Shown here: piece by piece, positions 9,883-18,884 of the stretch
Numbering within the stretch: position 1 is the first letter of the stretch
Layout: every line of letters begins with the position of its first letter
NCBI GenBank assembly: GCA_040380025.1
Contig: JBEIJY010000004.1
Coordinates: forward strand, 1-64,000
Direction of reading: 5' to 3'
DNA: 64,000 bases
Source: Bdellovibrionales bacterium
GTDB taxonomy: Bacteria > Bdellovibrionota > UBA1018 > CAIMNF01
Translations under genes and position numbers: made by a program
The notes under the pieces: model-generated
What the model was told of the DNA's origin: nothing
The model's database searches: none
The model's input: the letters and a program-made list of their open reading frames with translations, nothing else

Positions 9883-10606
9883 AAAGGTAGTAATCCGATC
9901 CGGTCATGGCGAATTCCGGGAAGGCGCGTTTTGTCCTCGTCATTCCGAGAGACTGAAAAATCACATCGAGTTCTTCGATCCTCCATTGGCGGATCGGGAA
10001 CTCTTCCTCATACGAGAAGCTCTGCCCCCCGAACATGCCAGAGCATTTTTCGCGGTAGGTGAACAAGCCCTCCTCGTTCGCGGGGTTTAACCAAACCTCG
10101 CGCTTGAAATCCCCATCATTCGCATTGATGATCCTCCCGCCCCTGAAAAACAGCGGCCCGGGGAGATCAAAAAAGAAGCGTCCTTTGGGGTTCAGGGACT
10201 TTTGGATCGCAGTGAGGTTTCGGGTCATCTCCTCGTGCATGGTCGTGTACGACAGCACCGTGAACAGGGCAATCGCAAGATCGGCGCCTGATCCCGTGAA
10301 ATCGGCGATCTTCTGCTCGAACACCGGAATCTCGACCCCGGCATTTTTGCAGTTCTCGCGGAACTGCCGGACCATCCCGGAGCTCACCTCGACTGCGGTC
10401 ACACCCAAACCGCGCTGTTTGAGCGGAACCGAGAGGCGACCCGTTCCGGCACCGAGGTCGATGAGTGCTCCTTTCGGAAGAAGGCCTTCGATCACCTTCA
10501 GATTGAGTTCTGTGAGATGATGATACATCGATCCGAACGTCTTGTGATAAACGAACTCGTAAAACTCAGCCCAGGTGTCGTGAGGTCTTGGATCAGTATT
10601 TTGCAT
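9869..10606 (-). CDS. Class I SAM-dependent methyltransferase
   Basis: IDLGAGTGR, AVEVSSGM and LNPKGRFFFD. Confidence 0.88.
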   Translation of the reverse strand: MQNTDPRPHDTWAEFYEFVYHKTFGSMYHHLTELNLKVIEGLLPKGALIDLGAGTGRLSVPLKQRGLGVTAVEVSSGMVRQFRENCKNAGVEIPVFEQKIADFTGSGADLAIALFTVLSYTTMHEEMTRNLTAIQKSLNPKGRFFFDLPGPLFFRGGRIINANDGDFKREVWLNPANEEGLFTYREKCSGMFGGQSFSYEEEFPIRQWRIEELDVIFQSLGMTRTKRAFPEFAMTGSDYYLYEQT

Positions 10607-10979
10607 GTTTAAGGATCACTCTAGCAAGAACCTGTGTCAGGAGAGGACAATCTACTTTTGCGGAAGTGCCTTTTGGAAAAGGTTCAATAAACCCTGAACC
10701 TTTTCGATCCCCTCGGAGTCGAACAAAGAAGACGAAAGAGCGCACATTGTTGTTTCATTATCAGGTATTTTATAAACGGTAAAAGCCAACCCGATCCCAA
10801 AATCAAGGCACCGGATTGGCTTATTACTCAGAAAGAAGGTAAAAAAACGAACAAATGGATTAAACCACAGGCCCGTGTCATTTGGGGACGCTTGAGAATT
10901 TTTTCCCGCCACCCCCATCATTCTCGCTTCCCGCGCTCACCAGGCAATGATATCCTTTCGAAAAGCAAGGCGGATCACG

Positions 10980-11714
10980 ATGCGATACAAACGGGTATTG
11001 ATCAAGTTGAGCGGTGGCGCGCTCGCGGGCGGAGACGAAGTCGGATTTGATCGCGCGGCGATTGAACACATTGTGAACGAGGTTCTCTCGATCCAGAAAA
11101 TGGGCGTCGAAGTCGCGATCATGATCGGGGGCGGGAATATCTTCCGCGGAAATGTCGCAAAAGAATGGGGAATTGAACGAGCAGAGGGCGATTCGATCGG
11201 GATGCTCGGCACCGTCGTGAACAGCTTGATGCTAAGAGGCGCCCTGAAGTCCAAAACCGACAGCGAAATCCGGGTCATGACCGCAATCCCGATGACCGCA
11301 TTCGCCGAGCCCTACATCAGGCTTCGCGCAATCCACCACCTCGAAAAAGGCTACATTGTGATCCTTTCCGCCGGCATCGGCCAACCCTACGTGACCACGG
11401 ATTATCCTGCGGCCCAACGGGCAATCGAAACCCGGTGCGACGCCATCCTGGTCGCCAAGCAAGGCGTGGACGGGGTGTACACCTCGGACCCGAAGAAAGA
11501 CCCAATGGCAAAGCGGTATAAAACACTCGCTTACAATGACTTCATTTCAAAGAATCTTCACATCATGGATCACTCGGCTCTTCTGCTTGCGCGGGATCAT
11601 GATCTGCCGATCCATATCTTCAGCTTTTCTGCCAAAGGCAGTATGCTGAAAATCTGCTCGGGAGAAGACATCGGAACCTTCGTTGCGCCGGGGACATCCA
11701 CCCAGCCTCTCTGA
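10980..11714 (+). CDS. pyrH: UMP kinase (stand-alone paralog)
   Basis: KRVLIKLSGGAL, GGGNIFRG, TTD and GVDGVYTSDPK. Confidence 0.92.
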   Translation: MRYKRVLIKLSGGALAGGDEVGFDRAAIEHIVNEVLSIQKMGVEVAIMIGGGNIFRGNVAKEWGIERAEGDSIGMLGTVVNSLMLRGALKSKTDSEIRVMTAIPMTAFAEPYIRLRAIHHLEKGYIVILSAGIGQPYVTTDYPAAQRAIETRCDAILVAKQGVDGVYTSDPKKDPMAKRYKTLAYNDFISKNLHIMDHSALLLARDHDLPIHIFSFSAKGSMLKICSGEDIGTFVAPGTSTQPL

Positions 11715-11729
11715 AAAAACGCCCATTCT

Positions 11730-12044
11730 TCATGCCGAACGAGGGCGCGCTCGTCCCAGACCAATCGAACCATCCACACCTTCCTTTTCGTTTTTTACCT
11801 TCTTCAATCGCGATTCCAGTTTTTTCTTGAGCTTTTCTTTCGATGGATGCGCTACTTCCGTCCCGGATTCCCTCTCGTAAACGGCCAATCGCGAGAGAAT
11901 TTCAAGATAATGCTGCTGGGTCATCATCACCTTCACGGAATCCCCCCTGTGGAGAATTTGAATCACATCACTGCCTTTTACTTGCCCGAGATAATAGGCC
12001 ATTTCTTCGCGCAACTTCGACGCAATCACCGTTAATTTAAACAT
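11730..12044 (-). CDS. Phd/YefM-family antitoxin-like protein
   Basis: SKLREEMAYYLGQV...IQILHRG..VMMTQQHY pattern; AAGGA RBS upstream of the ATG at 12044. Confidence 0.65.
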   Translation of the reverse strand: MFKLTVIASKLREEMAYYLGQVKGSDVIQILHRGDSVKVMMTQQHYLEILSRLAVYERESGTEVAHPSKEKLKKKLESRLKKVKNEKEGVDGSIGLGRARPRSA

Positions 12045-12059
12045 GGTCGATTCCTTTAC

Positions 12060-12090
12060 AGTACAAATAAACGTACAATTTATTGTACAA
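12060..12090. promoter_or_regulatory. Three GTAC-core operator-like sites spaced 12 bp apart
   Basis: GTAC at 12061, 12073 and 12085 (the last is TTGTACAA), directly upstream of the Phd/YefM-like gene. Confidence 0.65.
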
Positions 12091-12148
12091 CTAAAAACAC
12101 TCGAATTCAAATCAAAAAACCCTCCCATTCCTCCTTGATTCCAGCGAT

Positions 12149-13972
12149 TTACCCCTCCCACAGGTTCCCGAGCACAATCAGGAACGAGAAGTGCTCTCCC
12201 CCGGAATACGAGCCTGCGTCCGAGTACTTTCGGTACCGAATCAGCATTCCGACGCCCTGCTGGCGAAGAATCGGGTCGAAGCCAAGACTGATTCCGAAGT
12301 AATCCTGTCGAAACTTCCCCTGGCTTTTCGTGCGCTGGCTGAAGTAGAGCCCCGCCTCAGGAGCGAAGTAAATCTGATTCGCAAAATAATACGGAATTCC
12401 CACATTCAGGTCATGGCTCACGAGCGTTTCATCTGTTCCGCTCGAGAACGAATACTGGCTATCCGGAGACCTCGGTTCGTAGTCTTTTCCGAGACCGAGT
12501 GAGTATTCGGCTCTCAGGTACGCCGTGCGGATGATCCTTTTTTGAATTCCGAGGCTGTTCAGCAAACAGCAAAAGCTCCGATTGGAATCCTGAAGAGGAA
12601 TGCTGTTCGGGGCCCCTCCATACCCGAGCCCGTAATACACATACCGACTCGAGTACTCGCTATCAATCTCGGCCTCCCGACGCGCATCCTCCCGCCGCGA
12701 CTCCTCGATTCGAATGGCACGCTCGCGCTCTTCTTCCTCGCGTTCCTGCTGACGAAGCCTCCTGTCCTCCTCTCGCTCAGCCTCCCGGCGACGCTGTTCC
12801 TTCTCGCGCTCTTTCTTTTTTCGAATCTCCTCCTCCGATTCACTGGTGAGGCGCTTGGTCGGGACGATCTTGGTCTCTCCGCCCTTCACCCGGACCTCGA
12901 AATCCTCATCCACGAACCCTTTTTTGCGAAGGAGTACCACGTGCTCGCCCTTCGTTACGGTGAACCCCTGTGAATCGCCGGTTTTTCCGACCTTTTTTGA
13001 ATCGAGATACACATCCGCCCCCGAGGGAAACGAGTCGAGGAGAATCCGCGCGGACTTATGGACCAGATTGAAGACGGGAAGCTCCAGGCCGTCCAGCACC
13101 CGAACCTGGGTCGAGAACTCATTCACCTCGGGATGACTGAAAGAAATGGTGAGTGTGTCGCCGTGGAACGCCTTGATTTTGGTCGGCGTGGTGCCACGAT
13201 GAGGATGGCCGTTCACCATGACGATCGCATCCGAGGGCTCGGTCTGAAGTTTGAGCCGGATTTCTTTTCGTTTGAGCGTTTCGCGGTGAATGGTCGTCTG
13301 CCCGGGATGAATGGTGACCTTTTGATTCAGCTCGGGCTCGTAGTCGGGGTGAATGAGGTCGACCCAGTGCTCTCCCGGTTCGAGTACGCCGCGGATTCGA
13401 ATCGGCGTGAGCCCCCATGAACGATGATCGACCTTGACCTCGGCCCCGGGCGGGATCGTGTGGATCTCGAGTGTTCCCTTGTTCTTTCCGGGGGCATCTT
13501 CTCCGACCTCATGAACCGGGAGATCGCTATTCCGCGCCCGGATCTCGCGCTTCAGGCGTGCTTTCTCGTCCTGAATCTCCTTCACCGGATACCGGCACAG
13601 CACATAGGCGGTGAAATCACCGGAATTCTCGCGAATCTCGTTTTGCTCGGTCTCGAACCCCAAAAGACGGACCGACTCACTCTTCTCGCTCAGGCGCTTT
13701 GAAAGTTTCACATCGCTCAGGGTCTCGAGGCTCTCGGAATCGAGCGTGAGTTCCACGCCAAAATTCTCTTTGATTGCCTGCAAGGAGGCGTCCTCGATTG
13801 CCTCGCGAAGGGCGTCTTTTTCGTTTTTTCGGGGAGCCGATCGCCCGACATAAAACTTATGGACCTGGTTACCCGGGGGCTTTTGCCGGACCCACTCCGG
13901 AAGGGGAACCGAAGGGGGATTCGCGTGGGCCACTGGCAAAAACACCCCGAGCCACCAGAGGAGGAAAACCAT
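12149..13972 (-). CDS. Secreted protein: LPP20-like domain, 3 PEGA domains, charged coiled coil, C-terminal beta-barrel
   Basis: Signal peptide ending AHA; PEGA starts TIPPGAEVKVD, TEPSDAIVMVNG and SFPSGADVYLD; an E/R-rich helix; aromatic amphipathic strands at the C-terminus. Confidence 0.75.
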   Translation of the reverse strand: MVFLLWWLGVFLPVAHANPPSVPLPEWVRQKPPGNQVHKFYVGRSAPRKNEKDALREAIEDASLQAIKENFGVELTLDSESLETLSDVKLSKRLSEKSESVRLLGFETEQNEIRENSGDFTAYVLCRYPVKEIQDEKARLKREIRARNSDLPVHEVGEDAPGKNKGTLEIHTIPPGAEVKVDHRSWGLTPIRIRGVLEPGEHWVDLIHPDYEPELNQKVTIHPGQTTIHRETLKRKEIRLKLQTEPSDAIVMVNGHPHRGTTPTKIKAFHGDTLTISFSHPEVNEFSTQVRVLDGLELPVFNLVHKSARILLDSFPSGADVYLDSKKVGKTGDSQGFTVTKGEHVVLLRKKGFVDEDFEVRVKGGETKIVPTKRLTSESEEEIRKKKEREKEQRRREAEREEDRRLRQQEREEEERERAIRIEESRREDARREAEIDSEYSSRYVYYGLGYGGAPNSIPLQDSNRSFCCLLNSLGIQKRIIRTAYLRAEYSLGLGKDYEPRSPDSQYSFSSGTDETLVSHDLNVGIPYYFANQIYFAPEAGLYFSQRTKSQGKFRQDYFGISLGFDPILRQQGVGMLIRYRKYSDAGSYSGGEHFSFLIVLGNLWEG

Positions 13973-13994
13973 TTCAATCCTCGTCGATTCGGCT

Positions 13995-14555
13995 TCAGTT
14001 GAAGAAATCGAGATGCTTCTTTTGGATCTGCTCTTTTACCTTCGGATCGGCCTCGACCACCTTCGAGAGGACCATGCGCTTCAGCCTCGTGTGATCCTGC
14101 TTGCTGATCTCGCTCAGGACATGACAATCGATTCGCTCTTCGTCGTCGATGCGATACCGGGCAAAGTACTCGGCCGAGAACCGCACGCCGGCGACGGCGG
14201 CGCTGAACTCGGAGCTCCGGGATTTCGAGAGAACAATCTCGGCGTTCTCAGAAAGACTCGCCTCGTTTGTGTCCAGAACGCCCTTGATGCTCTCTTGAAT
14301 CTCGCTGATCAGGAGCGTCTTCGCGTTCATCCGCGCCAGATCATAGCATCCCGAGAGGCGCTCGTTGCCGCGAATCTGCTGGCTCGACTTCAGGTAGATC
14401 TTCCCGCTCTCTTCCCATGCCGTCCGGGAGTTCCCGACCCAGGCGGGCTTTTGCTCGCTCTCGTCGATCACGACTTTTTTGATTTCTCCGCCCGAACTGC
14501 AAGCGTTCAACCCGAGCACGCCGACACTGGCGACAATCCATCCGAAAATTCTCAT
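13995..14555 (-). CDS. Lipoprotein, LPP20-like
   Basis: Lipobox LNAC, KPAWV motif and ARMNAK..LISEI helix; GGAAAGGA RBS. Confidence 0.75.
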   Translation of the reverse strand: MRIFGWIVASVGVLGLNACSSGGEIKKVVIDESEQKPAWVGNSRTAWEESGKIYLKSSQQIRGNERLSGCYDLARMNAKTLLISEIQESIKGVLDTNEASLSENAEIVLSKSRSSEFSAAVAGVRFSAEYFARYRIDDEERIDCHVLSEISKQDHTRLKRMVLSKVVEADPKVKEQIQKKHLDFFN

Positions 14556-14608
14556 ACTGCATTCCTTTCCTGGCCGACTGGCTTTGAGGCATGACCATAG
14601 CCCCTGCC

Positions 14609-14675
14609 TGTGACAGCGAAGGTCACAGCCAGAAGAACCTATTTCTTGGTAGAGGGAATGACCTTCGTTGTCACA
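14609..14675. promoter_or_regulatory. Two inverted 17-bp operator-like sites, each TGAC-N7-GTCA
   Basis: TGTGACAGCGAAGGTCA (14609-14625) and TGACCTTCGTTGTCACA (14659-14675) match 16/17 as an inverted repeat in the divergent intergenic region. Confidence 0.75.
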
Positions 14676-14697
14676 AGCTCGGAATAGACTGGCAACC

Positions 14698-15729
14698 ATG
14701 CCAAAACCCAAGCGGACCAGAGCCCCCCGGGAGCTCGGGCGAAACTCTCAGGTTTCACGAATATACCGGATTCTCAACATCCTCGAGCACTCCATGAACG
14801 GGCTCACCGTGGCGGAGATTCATGAACGCCTCGAGGAGCGGAGTCATAAGGCCTCCCGCCGCACCATTTATCGCGATCTTGATGCTCTATTGAAGGCGGG
14901 GTTTCCGCTCTACGAGGAGGGGCAGGGTGAGACTCTTGCCCGCTGGAAGCTGAACCGGAACCCCAGAATCAATCAGTACCTGGCCCTTACGGCGCGCCAG
15001 CTGTTTGCGCTTTTTCTTGCCCGCGGAGCGGTCTCACCGCTGAAACAAACTCCGTTTTACGAGGATCTGAAAGAGATCTTCACCCGCCTCTCGGATCGCC
15101 TCGGAGACCGACAGGTGGAATACCTGAGGGCGCTCGAAAATGAGGTTCGGTTTGAACCGGGGCCGGCATGGGGACTTGGAATCAACCCGGAGATTCTGGA
15201 AACCATTCGTTCCGCCTGTGCAGAGGGGCAAATTCTGGAGGGCGTGTATTTTTCGGTGAACTCCGAGACCGAACGCAACCGAAAACTCGGGCCGCATTAC
15301 TTGTATTACGCTCAAGGGGGGCTTTACCTCGTGGCTGAGGATCTCGACGATCGCAAGGTGAAGGTATTCGCCCTTCCGCGCTTTCGAAACGCGATGATGC
15401 TCGATCAGCCTTATCTCGGAAAAGTCAGCACGCCGGAATCATTTTTTAACGGCGGAATGGCCATCTATAACGGTACACCTCCCGAAGAGATCGTCATCGA
15501 GTTCGAGAAAAAGATGGCGCACTTTGTGAAGGAACGCTGTTGGCACCCGACCCAGCGGGTGAAGTCACTGGAACGAGGCAGAGTGGAAGTCCGTTTTGAA
15601 CTCGGGAACACACCGGAGCTTCTTGCCTGGATTCTGGGCTTTGGTGCAAGCGCCAAGGTGATCGCACCGAAATCGCTCGCCGAGACGGTGAGAAGGGCGG
15701 CTCTGGAGACGGCTGAGGTGTACGCCTGA
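14698..15729 (+). CDS. wHTH-WYL-WCX transcriptional regulator (YafY/PafB/DriD-like)
   Basis: SRRTIYRDLDAL HTH; GLYLVAED..KVFALPRF WYL domain; WHPTQ and WILGFGASAKVIAPKSL WCX domain. Confidence 0.92.
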   Translation: MPKPKRTRAPRELGRNSQVSRIYRILNILEHSMNGLTVAEIHERLEERSHKASRRTIYRDLDALLKAGFPLYEEGQGETLARWKLNRNPRINQYLALTARQLFALFLARGAVSPLKQTPFYEDLKEIFTRLSDRLGDRQVEYLRALENEVRFEPGPAWGLGINPEILETIRSACAEGQILEGVYFSVNSETERNRKLGPHYLYYAQGGLYLVAEDLDDRKVKVFALPRFRNAMMLDQPYLGKVSTPESFFNGGMAIYNGTPPEEIVIEFEKKMAHFVKERCWHPTQRVKSLERGRVEVRFELGNTPELLAWILGFGASAKVIAPKSLAETVRRAALETAEVYA

Positions 15730-15737
15730 CTTCTCCC

Positions 15738-18700
15738 TCACACCCCCGCTTCGGCGATCCAGCCATCGGGGTTGTGCAAGAAGGCGCGCACTTTACGGCC
15801 GGGATACGCCCGCCGCACGGCCGTGGCATACGCAAGGAGCTGCGGCCCGTACTCGTCCAGAAGTTCACTCGCGTTCTCGACACGCTTCAGGCTCGCCTTA
15901 TGATCGACAATCACCGCCTCCTCGGCGGTCAGCACCAGGGCATCCATGCTCCCGCGCACGATCGATCCCTTCAGCTCGAACTGCACCGGAACCTCGCGAT
16001 GCAGTTCCCCGCGCGGCCAAATCTCCTTCACTTTCGCAAAAAAGCGATCGGATGCTTCGACGAGCGCTTCGGCGCTCACCACGTTCGCGCGCACCGAAAA
16101 GCGCTTCAGAATGTCCTCGGCCCGCATAACCCGGTCTCTGCGATTGGCTCGGGAATCGTCTGATCCCAAGAACAAATGCACGGCGGTTCCGAGCTCGTCG
16201 CGACGAACCCGCGAGGGCGCGTTTGCCGAACTCTCTGCCTGCTGAGCCGAACGATTCAGCACCAAATCGCGGCCGAAGGCCATGACCTCCAAAAGAGCGG
16301 GCCGGGTCGCGCCCTCTTCTGCGATCGCGCTCCACGACAGAGCACTCGGCTGAAGATACAAACTCGGCTGGTCGCCCGTCAGGGGCGTTCCTTCGGGCAG
16401 AACGCGCACCTTCCGCGTCGTGCTCGGGTCTGTGGAGGATGCGGGCGCAGGGGCCGGATCAAGCTCCACCGTACGGCAGGGATGAGGCGCGCCGTCGATC
16501 AGGATTTTTCCGGCCTCGGGCGAAAAACTCACGAGGAAGCCTTCTTCGCCTTCGAGCACGCCCAAGAACGAACTCTCATCGAGCGCATTTCGGTACTCGT
16601 TCAAAAACACCAGCCGCTCTTTGGCCCGGGTCATTCCCACATACAAAAGGCGCCTGTGCTCGGCCCGCCGCGCGGCTTGCCGCTCGGTGAGCGACTTCGA
16701 GCCCACCTGGTGCTGGGTCAGATTGTCGATCTTTTTTTGCTTCCCAAACGGCCAGAGCAAGTTCTCGATCACGCGGTTCGCAAGAGGGGCCGAGAAATCA
16801 AACTTCGCATGGGGCTCGAGCCGCACCATCGAATCAAACAAGGAGCTCTCGACCGGGTCGGACTTCAATGACCCCAAAATTACCACCGGCCACTCGAGTC
16901 CCTTGGCCTTGTGATAGGTCATCACATGAATCGCACCCGAGTGTTCGCTTGCGGGGATTTCGGGCTCTTCTTCGTCCAAAAACGCAAGAAACCCCGTATC
17001 CGAGCAAGGGGTGAACGAGGCCAGGCACTGGTCTTCATACCGGATCGCCACCTGCCGAAGCGCCGCCACATGAAACTCCCGCTGATCGCCCCCGCTCATC
17101 GAGCTCAGTCGTTCGGGAAGTCCCGACACCGCAATGGCAAGGTCGAGCTTCTCGCACACGCCGAGGCCCTTTGCCAGCTTGCGCGCCTCTTCGAGCTTCT
17201 CGAGCACGGGATGCGCGGTTTCGCGGGCAAGCGCGCGTTTCAGCCATTCATTGGGATCGATGCCGAATCCGAGCAAAAGCTCACCCGCCGCGACGGAGTC
17301 ACGAGGATTCACCAAATACCGATACGCGGCCAGCGCGAGAACCACCTCGGACTGCTTGAGCAGTTCTCCGCCCGAAACCGAGACCGAGAGTCCCGCCTCT
17401 TTGAGCGCCTTCGTGAAGGTGTCCACATGGTCTTTCGTTCGGAGCAAGAGCGCGATATCCCCGGGCCGGATAACTCCGGAATTCAGCAAAGATCGGACTC
17501 CGCTTGCCAGCCCTTTCGCGTGCTGTGATTTGTTCTTTTCATGCGAGTTCCACACCTCGATCGTCTGCTCGTCGCTGGTGTGGGGCCACTTCGGGTCCTG
17601 CCGGATTTCGCTTGCGGGAATTCCATCGCGCGCGAATGCACGCACAAAGACCTCGTTGTTGAACTCGACGATTCCTTTGGCCGAACGCCAGTTCGAGGGA
17701 AGCACCTCGCGGACTGCGTGCAGGGAAGTCTCGAGAACCGCCTTCATGGTCATTTCCATGAGCGTCGGATCGGAGCCGCGGAATCCGTAAATGCTTTGCT
17801 TCAGATCGCCGACCCAAACCACTTTTTTGCAAAGCGCCCCGAGCTTCATGAAGATCGCGAGCTGGACCGGGTTCGTGTCCTGGAACTCATCGACCATGAG
17901 CATATGCAGTTCCGACCGGAGCCGCTCGATCACCTCGGGCTGATCGAGGATCTTGAGGGTCATTTGCTCGAGATCCGAGAAATCCAGCCGTCCGAGCGCC
18001 TTCTTTTTACCGGAGTAGTGATCCATCGCCTTCTTGGCGAGCCCGAACACGAATCGTACGGACTCTTCGAGATCAGAGCGGAACTCCTGCGTGGCAAGGA
18101 ACAAGCGCGCAGAATCGATCACAGGCCGAAATAGAGGCAACACCTGGACCGCAGGCCCGAGCTTGCCCAGCAGCACCCATTCGCGCCAGGTGAGTTCCCC
18201 GCCTTGCTCGAGGATCCGTGCGGCTTGCTTCACCGTTTCGTGAGCCACGGCGGTATTGGCATGGGGACTGGGAGGTACGGGGTGATTCGTCAGATAATGG
18301 CGAAGCGCGGCCTTCAGCTCTTGCGTACAGTCGGGACGGTTCGCCTGCGGAATCGCCTCGATCAGGATCTTCAGACTCGCCTCGATCGAATTCTTCCATC
18401 CTTGTTCGTCAAAATCGTTCTGTCGCGCGAGATCGACAAGATCTTCGATATGCTCCTCGAGATTCTCGATCAGAATCGAAAACCGATGCGCGAATCCGCT
18501 GAATTTCGCATAATCCTGCTCGCTCATGCACTCGTTCAGCGACTGCCGGAAGAGCCGCGTCTTTTCGTCGTCGACCAGAATCTCCTGCCGGAGCGAGGCT
18601 CCCTGTTCGAAGGCGAACCGGCGCAGGATCTCGGCACAGACCGAGTGCACCGTGCCCACCAAGGCGAGCTCCATCGCACGCGATTGCTCGACGAGCCCGC

Positions 18701-18884
18701 CGTCGATCAGCTTCTGCCGGATCCGCTCCTTCAGCTCGCCCGCGGCCTTGATCGTAAAGGTCGAGGCGATGAGCCCGTGCGGGGGCATGCCCGCCTTCAC
18801 CTCTTCGAACACCTCGTTCATGAGCTTGTAGGTTTTGCCGCTTCCGGCGCTGGCTGAGACCAGAACATGCTGGGGAGAACTCAT
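15738..18884 (-). CDS. addA: AddA-like UvrD helicase-nuclease
   Basis: ASAGSGKT, VDEFQDT, GDLKQSIYGFRG, TYHKAKGLEW, LYVGMTRA and a C-terminal GSMD..IVDHK nuclease. The start overlaps the upstream stop (ATGA). Confidence 0.85.
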   Translation of the reverse strand: MSSPQHVLVSASAGSGKTYKLMNEVFEEVKAGMPPHGLIASTFTIKAAGELKERIRQKLIDGGLVEQSRAMELALVGTVHSVCAEILRRFAFEQGASLRQEILVDDEKTRLFRQSLNECMSEQDYAKFSGFAHRFSILIENLEEHIEDLVDLARQNDFDEQGWKNSIEASLKILIEAIPQANRPDCTQELKAALRHYLTNHPVPPSPHANTAVAHETVKQAARILEQGGELTWREWVLLGKLGPAVQVLPLFRPVIDSARLFLATQEFRSDLEESVRFVFGLAKKAMDHYSGKKKALGRLDFSDLEQMTLKILDQPEVIERLRSELHMLMVDEFQDTNPVQLAIFMKLGALCKKVVWVGDLKQSIYGFRGSDPTLMEMTMKAVLETSLHAVREVLPSNWRSAKGIVEFNNEVFVRAFARDGIPASEIRQDPKWPHTSDEQTIEVWNSHEKNKSQHAKGLASGVRSLLNSGVIRPGDIALLLRTKDHVDTFTKALKEAGLSVSVSGGELLKQSEVVLALAAYRYLVNPRDSVAAGELLLGFGIDPNEWLKRALARETAHPVLEKLEEARKLAKGLGVCEKLDLAIAVSGLPERLSSMSGGDQREFHVAALRQVAIRYEDQCLASFTPCSDTGFLAFLDEEEPEIPASEHSGAIHVMTYHKAKGLEWPVVILGSLKSDPVESSLFDSMVRLEPHAKFDFSAPLANRVIENLLWPFGKQKKIDNLTQHQVGSKSLTERQAARRAEHRRLLYVGMTRAKERLVFLNEYRNALDESSFLGVLEGEEGFLVSFSPEAGKILIDGAPHPCRTVELDPAPAPASSTDPSTTRKVRVLPEGTPLTGDQPSLYLQPSALSWSAIAEEGATRPALLEVMAFGRDLVLNRSAQQAESSANAPSRVRRDELGTAVHLFLGSDDSRANRRDRVMRAEDILKRFSVRANVVSAEALVEASDRFFAKVKEIWPRGELHREVPVQFELKGSIVRGSMDALVLTAEEAVIVDHKASLKRVENASELLDEYGPQLLAYATAVRRAYPGRKVRAFLHNPDGWIAEAGV

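Noticed and set aside
10652..10921. 89-aa ORF upstream of the methyltransferase
   Set aside because: No RBS or motif; cannot be distinguished from intergenic DNA or a fragment.
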